IMG/VR virus record: IMGVR_UViG_2690315994_000022
DNA length: 6,119 nt
Reading direction: 5' to 3' (one strand)
From: a virus
Taxonomy: Duplodnaviria; Heunggongvirae; Uroviricota; Caudoviricetes
The position numbers were made by a program, and so were the translations under genes. The notes under the pieces were generated by a model. The model ran no database searches, was not told the DNA's origin, and was given only the letters and a program-made list of their open reading frames with translations. This document shows positions 1-6,035 of the stretch, one piece after another (positions within the stretch are counted from its first letter, which is position 1; every line of letters begins with the position of its first letter).

Positions 1-432
1 TATATTTTCAGTGCCGATAAAAATGCGTTTTTCCCTGTGGAGCTTAAAATCGCTTATCAGGAATCCGGCGAATGGCCCGGTGATGGAATCGAAATTGACG
101 ACACTGTTGCCGCCGAATTTATGAAGGAAGCACCAGAAGGAAAATACAGAGGTGTCATCGACGGAATGCCTACATGGATTGATATTCCACCGCCAACTCA
201 TGAGGAACAAATTGCCGCAGCCGAACTGGAAAAGCAGCAATTGATTAATCAGGTCAACGAATACATAAACAGTAAGCAATGGCCTGGTAAAGCGGCGATT
301 GGTCGCCTGAAAGGTGAGGAACTGGCGCAATATAATTTGTGGCTGGATTATCTGGACGCACTGGAGCTGGTCGATACTTCCGGTGCGCCAGATATTGAAT
401 GGCCTACGCCTCCGGCAGTTCAGGCCAGATGA
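1..432 (+). CDS. tail fibre assembly protein (Tfa/U-type), 5'-truncated by the window edge; inverted partner copy (tfa')
   Basis: Frame 1 is open from base 1 to TGA at 430..432 (the supplied ORF starts at GTG 37 but the frame is open upstream). C-terminus LWLDYLDALELVDTSGAPDIEWPTPP matches the C-terminus of the minus-strand Tfa (AVLDYIDAVTATDTSTAPDVIWPELP), the conserved tail of phage tail-fibre assembly chaperones. Convergent with and overlapping the other tfa by 29 bp. Confidence 0.8.
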   Translation, partial: YIFSADKNAFFPVELKIAYQESGEWPGDGIEIDDTVAAEFMKEAPEGKYRGVIDGMPTWIDIPPPTHEEQIAAAELEKQQLINQVNEYINSKQWPGKAAIGRLKGEELAQYNLWLDYLDALELVDTSGAPDIEWPTPPAVQAR

Positions 433-997
433 CGTCCGGCGCTGTGCTGGTATCTGTTGCCGTCACCGCGTCAATATAATCCAGCACAGCGTTAAGTCGG
501 GTGTTTTCTGGCTGCGTCAGCTTCCGCCCGGCCTGTAATTTCAGTTGAATCAGACTGATGGAAGCCATTGCAGCATCAATCAGCGACTGGCGCTGTGCTT
601 CTGCCGCTTCTACTGCGGCGCTATGCGGTGCCTCGGTATCCGTCACCCATTTCTCACCATCCCATTTATCGTATGGCGTTAACGGTGAAAGCGTGACATA
701 ACCGTCTTTGATGGCACCGATATAATCCACTGTAACAGCTGCGCCATTTTCAGTTGAGTAAACGGTCTCATTGCGATGGTCTTCTTCATGGCTCCATCCC
801 TTACCCGTAAATACAGCCACTTTTCCCGGAATGTTTTCGCTCGGGTCAATACCAGTGGAACAGGCGGGCATACTTACGCCAGTATTAATATATTCATCAG
901 ACCAGCCGGTATATTCATACGTTACTGCATTATAATAAAAACAACGCATATCGCCCGGCACTGTAGCCAGCCCATTTTCATCAAAAACAGGTTTCAT
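404..997 (-). CDS. tail fibre assembly protein (Tfa)
   Basis: 197-aa ORF with ATG at 997..995 sharing one base with the tail-fibre stop (TAATG overlap). Same conserved C-terminal motif as tfa'. Sits directly downstream of the tail-fibre gene, as in Mu S-U, P2 H-G and e14 stf-tfa. Confidence 0.85.
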   Translation of the reverse strand: MKPVFDENGLATVPGDMRCFYYNAVTYEYTGWSDEYINTGVSMPACSTGIDPSENIPGKVAVFTGKGWSHEEDHRNETVYSTENGAAVTVDYIGAIKDGYVTLSPLTPYDKWDGEKWVTDTEAPHSAAVEAAEAQRQSLIDAAMASISLIQLKLQAGRKLTQPENTRLNAVLDYIDAVTATDTSTAPDVIWPELPEA

Positions 998-2100
998 TAT
1001 TTAGCCCTCACCAGAAAGTTAAATGCAATATTTCGTGGACGGGTTTCTGTACCTACATTTCCACTAATTTCACCATAACGTTTAACACTACGAGAGCTAA
1101 GAGCTCGTAGTGAGGAAGGCACCTTAAGACCGGGTTCGTCCGTTTTAACTATTCCCCCGTCACCATATGTAGCCAGTATTCCTGGGTTTACTCCTTCCCG
1201 TGCACTTCCTGCGGCAAGCCCGTCCCCCGTCCACAATTCCATATTGTGTGCATGATCCATAATTGTGTGTGATTGCCCTGAAAGTAGGGTACGTCCGACA
1301 TCAATCCCGCGCCCATCATCCCAGATACGAATGAAATCACCGCGTGCGTCAGGTAATGCCAGCGCCGGAAACACTTTCGCCAGCACAGGGTAATCAGTGG
1401 CAGAGAATTTCGCGCCGTTGAACTTCAAAAACACCATACCGGACCAGCTATCGATTACGGTATCTGGCATTGCAGCGGACGGCCAGAAGAACGGAACGCC
1501 AATAGCTGGAGCTCCTTCTCCCAAACCAAGGTTTTCGAGAGCCGTTTTCACCGTGCCATCCGATTTGATATCACCAAACGGATTCTTGCGGCTCAGGTAT
1601 TCAACAGCAAACCCCGATCCCAGCAATTCAACAAANNNNNNNNNNNNNNNNNNNNNNNNNNNNNNNNNNNNNNNNNNNNNNNNNNNNNNNNNNNNNNNNN
1701 NNNNNNNNNNNNNNNNNNNNNNNNNNNNNNNNNNNNNNNNNNNNNNNNNNNNNNNNAAACCAAGGTTTTCGAGAGCCGTTTTCACCGTGCCATCCGATTT
1801 GATATCACCAAACGGATTCTTGCGGCTCAGGTATTCAACAGCAAACCCCGATCCCAGCAATTCAACAAAACCGGGCAGATCACCATTATCAAGCACATCC
1901 CGTTGCGTTTTATCACTTACAAACTGGGCCAGAGCTGCAGCAATAAAGCTGGCCTGCCGAATAACCTTATTGACTTGCGCACTGGAGGCTTTCCCTGCTG
2001 TAAATCCGGATAAAAGCGCGGGCAACGCTTCCCATTCCTCCTGCGATATAACATTGGCATTTCGATCCGTTGCAAACGCTTTAAAGTCATTTTTCGTCAT
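997..2100 (-). CDS. tail fibre protein: constant N-terminal part plus exchangeable tail-collar-type C-terminal part; length inflated by a scaffold gap and a 234-bp duplication
   Basis: Start preferred at ATG 2100..2098 (MTKNDF...), forming an ATGA overlap with the upstream stop and preceded by GGGGAG about 10 nt away; the supplied ORF start at 2118 has its AGGAG too close. The C-terminal part (...[41 protein letters not shown]...) resembles the phage tail-collar motif. A crossover site lies in frame at 1516..1541. The ORF contains 121 N and a duplicated 78-codon block; the real product is probably about 289 aa. Confidence 0.75.
   Translation of the reverse strand: MTKNDFKAFATDRNANVISQEEWEALPALLSGFTAGKASSAQVNKVIRQASFIAAALAQFVSDKTQRDVLDNGDLPGFVELLGSGFAVEYLSRKNPFGDIKSDGTVKTALENLGXXXXXXXXXXXXXXXXXXXXXXXXXXXXXXXXXXXXXXXXXFVELLGSGFAVEYLSRKNPFGDIKSDGTVKTALENLGLGEGAPAIGVPFFWPSAAMPDTVIDSWSGMVFLKFNGAKFSATDYPVLAKVFPALALPDARGDFIRIWDDGRGIDVGRTLLSGQSHTIMDHAHNMELWTGDGLAAGSAREGVNPGILATYGDGGIVKTDEPGLKVPSSLRALSSRSVKRYGEISGNVGTETRPRNIAFNFLVRAK
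1516..1541. other. 26-bp gix/hix/cix/pix-type recombination crossover site (site 1) inside the tail-fibre ORF
   Basis: TTCTCCCAAACC-AA-GGTTTTCGAGAG: two imperfect inverted 12-bp half-sites around a 2-bp core, with the AAACC-NN-GGTTT centre typical of Hin/Gin/Cin/Pin sites. Lies at the junction between the N-terminal and collar-type parts of the tail fibre, and a Pin invertase is encoded in the window. Confidence 0.65.
1523..1635. repeat. 113-bp exact direct repeat, copy A (left of the N gap)
   Basis: Compared base by base with 1757..1869: identical. Starts at the AAACC of crossover site 1 and ends at the first N. Confidence 0.95.
1636..1756. other. run of 121 N: scaffold/assembly gap, not biological sequence
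   Basis: Uninterrupted n characters; flanked by identical 113-bp sequence on both sides. Confidence 0.98.
1757..1869. repeat. 113-bp exact direct repeat, copy B (right of the N gap)
   Basis: Identical to 1523..1635. The post-gap sequence begins inside the crossover site, at its AAACC. Confidence 0.95.
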
Positions 2101-2780
2101 CAGAGTAATACTCCCCATGCTCCTACATCAAAACCACTGATGAATTCGTTATCCATATCAAAACCAAAAAATTTTGAGCCTTCCGATGGGGTTTCCACCG
2201 AAGGTGTTTCAATGCCACCCGCCCATACCCCGGCGGCTTTTACTGTGAGATACCCCTGTTTAATTGCCGCAATTAACTCACGCGATACATCTGAAATATC
2301 AGTATCAGGAAAGACCCAGACCGATATCGTCATGTCCTGGTTATCGACTATCTGCATTCGCAGCCCGGATCCTGCTGTTGCCGCGTCAAGAATTGCCAGA
2401 AGCGAATCATTCCGTCCGTCCCAGTTATTAATCGCAATCTTCGCTTTAAGAATGACACGATAAGTTTCATCGCTGAGATACATGTATCCTGAATCAGGAT
2501 CGTATGGTCCCTGCCATACCCCCTGATCATATCCAAGCCCGTCGGTATCCCAGCTGAAATAGACACCTGAGATAGGCTGGCTGACAACACGGCTACGTCC
2601 GATCCACAATCCAAGAATGTCAAGTTGCACACCAACCGCAGAGTCAATATCAAATGCAGTAATCAGCCCTCTGGTGGCAGCCGCAACATCAATAAGTGGC
2701 CGGGTCATCAGATCAACATGCGCAAGAAATTTAGGTTTGGTGGCGTGGTAGTTCGTGATTAGTTCGGTGTATTTGCTCAT
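2100..2780 (-). CDS. phage tail/baseplate protein, Mu gp48 / YmfQ-like
   Basis: 226-aa ORF between the baseplate-J-like gene and the tail-fibre gene, the position occupied by Mu gp48, e14 YmfQ and P2 gpI. ATGA overlaps at both ends (2780..2777 and 2102..2098). Family assignment is by position and general resemblance, not a search. Confidence 0.6.
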   Translation of the reverse strand: MSKYTELITNYHATKPKFLAHVDLMTRPLIDVAAATRGLITAFDIDSAVGVQLDILGLWIGRSRVVSQPISGVYFSWDTDGLGYDQGVWQGPYDPDSGYMYLSDETYRVILKAKIAINNWDGRNDSLLAILDAATAGSGLRMQIVDNQDMTISVWVFPDTDISDVSRELIAAIKQGYLTVKAAGVWAGGIETPSVETPSEGSKFFGFDMDNEFISGFDVGAWGVLL

Positions 2781-3976
2781 GACTCCACCGTTATAACGAT
2801 ATTTTCCGGGGTACAGGACACAGATTCGTTGTATCTGATATCAATGTTTGATGACGACAAAGCCCCCGGGGATTTCCCAATCGTCAGTTCCTGAATATCG
2901 TAATAGCGTGCATTCCCGCCACTCACCACGCCAAGATTCGCCGGTGAGTAAATGCGACTTAAAAGGACCGAATCACCAATCATCAGACTATTGATATAGT
3001 CGGAAATAGCCTGCTGGATCTGCTGCCCTATCTGTGAGGTATAACCCGTAAAAACTTGTAATTTGATCCGGGCATAAACAGGCACATCACTGGAACGCGA
3101 GAATTTGATTACATGGGGATTGCCGTATTTATCCGGAACCGTAACGGATGTTGTACCGTGAGTGGCTGTCCCCTGGCCTTTATTTCCTCTGATAGCCTGA
3201 GCAATATCCGTCACATCACCGCCATCCACAATTACAGCAACAGAGTGTGGCGGTAACCCGTTACCGTCCTCCGAACCAGTATCGTTTTCATAGAGTTTGT
3301 GGCGGGTTACACCGGTAACATTAGAAACAGCACCATCCAGTGCTTCAAATGGGGTTATTGATGGCAACGCAACACTTTGCGACTGGCGGATACGTAACTC
3401 CGCATCAGTTTCTGCTGGAGTGCCTACAGTAGCTGCAGCAGGATTGGTTACCGAAACCCAGCCACGGGTTGGCGTATTAATTTCAGTGATAGTTCCAGCC
3501 AGCGCCGCCACTGCACCACTGACGGAACATGTTGCGGTCACCATCACTGTACCATCCACGCCGACCACCACTGAAGCAGGCAAACGCCATATCACATTAT
3601 TACTGTCTTTCACGCTGCCATTAATGATGGTTGTTCCGGCAGTTCCTGTAAGAAGCAAATCAACCGTAGAATTCGTCGCGCCTTTACGTGAAATACCATT
3701 TATTTTCACGTTACTGGTCAGTGCAGCCCCATAGCCGGTTGCCGGTGAAAAACAGTTGTAGACAGTTATCGCCATATTATTGGCATCATGAATCGCCAGC
3801 GCCATCAGAGCCACCATCTGGCCGTCTTTGCTGTCCGGTTCGAGGTAGGCATCACTGCCATAAATCTGCTGAAAATAGCTAATCAGGGTGCTGAGTATCG
3901 TCTGATAATCAGGCGCACTGATCCCCTCCGCGGTTACCTTTGCAGATAAACCGAGAGAATCAAGGTTCAGAGCCAT
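2777..3976 (-). CDS. baseplate J-like protein (Mu gp47 / P2 gpJ family)
   Basis: 399-aa ORF; size, composition and position immediately upstream of the gp48-like and tail-fibre genes fit the baseplate J family. GGAGG lies just upstream of ATG 3976. The stop overlaps the next gene's start (ATGA). Confidence 0.8.
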   Translation of the reverse strand: MALNLDSLGLSAKVTAEGISAPDYQTILSTLISYFQQIYGSDAYLEPDSKDGQMVALMALAIHDANNMAITVYNCFSPATGYGAALTSNVKINGISRKGATNSTVDLLLTGTAGTTIINGSVKDSNNVIWRLPASVVVGVDGTVMVTATCSVSGAVAALAGTITEINTPTRGWVSVTNPAAATVGTPAETDAELRIRQSQSVALPSITPFEALDGAVSNVTGVTRHKLYENDTGSEDGNGLPPHSVAVIVDGGDVTDIAQAIRGNKGQGTATHGTTSVTVPDKYGNPHVIKFSRSSDVPVYARIKLQVFTGYTSQIGQQIQQAISDYINSLMIGDSVLLSRIYSPANLGVVSGGNARYYDIQELTIGKSPGALSSSNIDIRYNESVSCTPENIVITVES

Positions 3977-4141
3977 TACGCCTCCGATGTAACAGTCGTT
4001 ATTCCATAAAGAGTGTCGATTTCAGCGGAAAACATGACACGTCGGGTCGTGGTATCCACCGTCGTATTGAAAGAGAGGATTGATTTAACGCCCNAAACCA
4101 ACGTTTATGAAAATGCAGAAATAACGAGCAAATGGCATCAT
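3976..4141 (-). pseudogene. short ORF or 3' gene remnant upstream of J that reads through crossover site 2; frame depends on the ambiguous base at 4094
   Basis: With the n at 4094 omitted, the minus strand reads MMPFARYFCIFINVGLGVKSILSFNTTVDTTTRRVMFSAEIDTLYGITTVTSEA and stops at TAA 3978..3976, sharing one base with the J start (TAATG). With n kept as a real base the frame stops at 4087..4085. No convincing RBS at its 5' end. Confidence 0.3.
4088..4113. other. second gix/pix-type crossover site (site 2), 55 bp upstream of pin; contains an ambiguous base
   Basis: ACGCCCnAAACC-AA-CGTTTATGAAAA has the same AAACC-AA-(C/G)GTTT centre as site 1. If the n is dropped, the left arm AACGCCCAAACC matches site 1's TTCTCCCAAACC at 9 of 12 positions. 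Its position just upstream of the invertase gene is the canonical one for the invertase-proximal site in Gin/Cin/Pin systems. Confidence 0.55.
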
Positions 4142-4154
4142 TCCTGCTTTTGTC

Positions 4155-4160
4155 AGGGAG
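4155..4160 (+). promoter_or_regulatory. Shine-Dalgarno sequence for pin
   Basis: AGGGAG, 7 nt upstream of ATG 4168. Confidence 0.5.
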
Positions 4161-4167
4161 ATCTACC

Positions 4168-4722
4168 ATGCTTATTGGCTATGTACGTGTGTCAACAAAT
4201 GACCAGAACACAGATCTACAACGTAATGCGCTGAACTGTGCAGGATGCGAGCTGATTTTTGAAGACAAGATAAGCGGTACAAAGTCCGAAAGGCCGGGAC
4301 TGAAAAAACTGCTCAGGACATTATCGGCAGGTGATACGCTGGTGGTCTGGAAACTGGACCGACTGGGGCGCAGTATGCGGCATCTTGTCGTGCTGGTGGA
4401 GGAGTTGCGCGAACGAGGCATCAACTTTCGTAGTCTGACGGATTCAATTGATACCAGTACCCCAATGGGGCGCTTTTTCTTTCATGTGATGGGTGCCCTG
4501 GCTGAAATGGAACGTGAACTGATTGTTGAACGAACAAAAGCAGGACTGGAAGCTGCTCGCGCACAGGGACGAATTGGGGGACGTCGTCCCAAACTTACAC
4601 CAGAACAATGGGCGCAGGCCGGGCGATTAATTGCATCAGGCGTTCCTCGCCAGAAGGTGGCGATCATCTATGATGTTGGCGTATCGACTTTGTATAAGAA
4701 GTTTCCGGTCGGAGATAAATGA
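4168..4722 (+). CDS. pin: serine DNA invertase of the Pin/Gin/Hin/Cin (Din) family
   Basis: 184-aa product starting MLIGYVRVSTNDQNTDLQRNAL, with the catalytic-serine motif YVRVSTNDQ, the conserved WKLDRLGRS and GALAEMERELI blocks, and a C-terminal helix-turn-helix (VAIIYDVGVSTLYKK). Close to Gin/PinE as remembered. Start chosen at ATG 4168 rather than the supplied ORF's 4132 because of the RBS and family N-terminus. Confidence 0.95.
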   Translation: MLIGYVRVSTNDQNTDLQRNALNCAGCELIFEDKISGTKSERPGLKKLLRTLSAGDTLVVWKLDRLGRSMRHLVVLVEELRERGINFRSLTDSIDTSTPMGRFFFHVMGALAEMERELIVERTKAGLEAARAQGRIGGRRPKLTPEQWAQAGRLIASGVPRQKVAIIYDVGVSTLYKKFPVGDK

Positions 4723-5027
4723 AACCGTAGCACGTCGTATGCAAGAACGTGCCACGGCTGGCTGATGGACGTTCGATAGCGCGAGTTTGAATGAAAATCA
4801 GCCGGAGATGATTTTACATAATTGCTACGGAATTATTCAATACAGGAATTGCTTGTGTATGCATGGATTGACCTGAAATATTCCCGAAAATTTCTCTAAA
4901 AAACTCGAAAAAAATGGTAACTAATTGAATGTATTAATATGTAATAGTACGTGTTAGAGATTAAAAGATGAGCATAAATTTATTTAACACATTAATTCTA
5001 AAAGATTTTGTTGTTTGTTGACGAAAA

Positions 5028-5052
5028 CAGGAATCGTGTTCGGTCTCTTTTT
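5028..5052 (+). ncRNA. sdsR: probable 3'-terminal fragment of sRNA SdsR (RyeB), i.e. candidate prophage attachment-site core
   Basis: CAGGAATCGTGTTCGGTCTCTTTTT matches, with one mismatch, what I recall as the SdsR terminator 3' half (..CAGGAAUCGUAUUCGGUCUCUUUUU). The upstream arm of the terminator stem is not complementary here, so only the 3' part is present. From memory, not searched. Confidence 0.35.
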
Positions 5053-5171
5053 ATCTGTTAAAAGCCAGAAGCATTTCCTTCGCTGACTTTATAGTCAACC
5101 ATAACACACACTCTACTGTCTGAGTCCAGCGTTTTTTAACATTCTTGTTAAGATTATGTGATCTTTAGCGC

Positions 5172-5177
5172 GGGAGG
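5172..5177 (+). promoter_or_regulatory. Shine-Dalgarno sequence for pphA
   Basis: GGGAGG, 9 nt upstream of ATG 5187. Confidence 0.5.
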
Positions 5178-5186
5178 AAAATATTG

Positions 5187-5843
5187 ATGAAACAGCCTGC
5201 GCCCGTTTATCAGAGAATTGCGGGTCATCAATGGCGACATATCTGGCTTTCTGGCGATATACACGGTTGTCTTGAGCAGTTGCGCCGCAAATTATGGCAT
5301 TGTCGTTTTGATCCGTGGCGAGATTTACTTATCTCAGTGGGAGACGTTATCGATCGTGGGCCGCAAAGTTTACGTTGTCTGCAGTTACTGGAACAACATT
5401 GGGTTCGTGCGGTAAGAGGCAATCATGAACAGATGGCGATGGATGCGCTGGCATCCCAGCAGATGTCTTTGTGGTTGATGAATGGCGGCGACTGGTTTAT
5501 TGCGCTGGCAGATAATCAACAGAAACAAGCGAAAACGGCGCTGGAAAAATGTCAGCATTTGCCCTTTATTCTTGAAGTACACAGCCGCACCGGCAAACAT
5601 GTTATTGCTCATGCCGATTATCCAGATGATGTTTATGAATGGCAAAAGGACGTTGATTTGCATCAGGTCTTGTGGAGCCGCTCGCGATTAAGTGAACGCC
5701 AAAAAGGGCAGGGAATTACAGGTGCTGATCATTTCTGGTTTGGTCATACACCGTTGCGCCATCGCGTGGATATTGGCAACCTGCATTATATTGATACCGG
5801 CGCTGTCTTTGGGGGCGAACTGACTTTCGTGCAATTGCAATAA
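5187..5843 (+). CDS. pphA: serine/threonine protein phosphatase 1 (PPP-family metallophosphatase)
   Basis: 218-aa product MKQPAPVYQRIAGHQWRHIWLSGDIHGC... with the metallophosphatase motifs GDIHG, GDVIDRG and GNHE; recognised as E. coli PphA/PrpA. Start at ATG 5187 (the supplied ORF begins at TTG 5184). Confidence 0.9.
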   Translation: MKQPAPVYQRIAGHQWRHIWLSGDIHGCLEQLRRKLWHCRFDPWRDLLISVGDVIDRGPQSLRCLQLLEQHWVRAVRGNHEQMAMDALASQQMSLWLMNGGDWFIALADNQQKQAKTALEKCQHLPFILEVHSRTGKHVIAHADYPDDVYEWQKDVDLHQVLWSRSRLSERQKGQGITGADHFWFGHTPLRHRVDIGNLHYIDTGAVFGGELTFVQLQ

Positions 5844-6035
5844 TTAAAAATCACCATACTCCTGTGCTGGTCGCCAGAAACCATCTATAAAATCCTCAAT
5901 CGGAAAACAACCGCCATGACGGATCCGTTGATCGCTCATAGAATAAAGACACTGCTGTTCCGTGTTGTAGACATCCACAACAATATCTTCACAACCGCCA
6001 TCCAGGTAGCAAACAAAAAGTACCAGCGCGAACAT
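5844..6035 (-). CDS. yebW: small conserved protein, YebW-like (63 aa); the ORF stays open to the window edge so the start is uncertain
   Basis: Minus-strand ORF ending at TAA 5846..5844, directly abutting the pphA stop. An internal ATG at 6035..6033 gives a 63-aa product (MFALVLFVCYLDGGCEDIVVDV...EYGDF), the size I recall for YebW beside pphA in E. coli K-12. Symbol is from memory. Confidence 0.45.
   Translation of the reverse strand: MFALVLFVCYLDGGCEDIVVDVYNTEQQCLYSMSDQRIRHGGCFPIEDFIDGFWRPAQEYGDF

Noticed and set aside
975-1002. Partial resemblance to a crossover half-site (AAAACAGGTTTCATTA) at the tail-fibre/tfa junction
   Set aside because: Lacks the AAACC-NN-GGTTT centre and the 12-bp inverted arms; probably chance similarity in an AT-rich junction.
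1523-1869. The 113-bp repeats as a CRISPR-like or genuine tandem coding repeat
   Set aside because: Only two copies, exact identity ending precisely at the N run and beginning inside a recombination site; no spacer/repeat periodicity. Best explained as contig overlap.
2101-2118. Longer tail-fibre start at ATG 2118 ([12 protein letters not shown]...)
   Set aside because: Its AGGAG is immediately adjacent to the ATG, whereas ATG 2100 forms an ATGA overlap with the upstream stop and has GGGGAG about 10 nt upstream.
1397-2140. 247-aa plus-strand ORF, and similar supplied ORFs at 314..538, 776..1078, 2140..2463, 2348..2653, 3297..3734 and 3688..3882
   Set aside because: They lie antisense to or out of frame within the coherent, translationally coupled tail-gene ORFs, have low-complexity translations and no recognisable motifs; 1397..2140 also spans the N gap. 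Treated as shadow ORFs.
4132-4167. Longer pin start at ATG 4132 (MASFLLLSGRSTMLIGYV...)
   Set aside because: Pin-family invertases begin at MLIGYVRVS, and AGGGAG is correctly spaced for ATG 4168, not 4132.
4013-4234. 73-aa plus-strand ORF spanning site 2 and the pin start
   Set aside because: Runs through the crossover site and the pin RBS and start in another frame and includes the ambiguous base; no start context or motif.
4179-4667. Minus-strand ORFs 4179..4424 and 4482..4667 inside pin
   Set aside because: Antisense to a well-supported invertase gene; Ser/Arg-rich, low-complexity translations.
4729-4752. Inverted repeat GCACGT...ACGTGC just after the pin stop as a possible terminator
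   Set aside because: The loop is 11 nt and there is no following T-tract, so it is not a convincing intrinsic terminator.
5218-5691. Small ORFs on both strands inside pphA (5218..5415, 5228..5422, 5385..5663, 5482..5691) and 5916..6098 opposite the yebW-like ORF
   Set aside because: Embedded in or antisense to recognised genes; no independent support.
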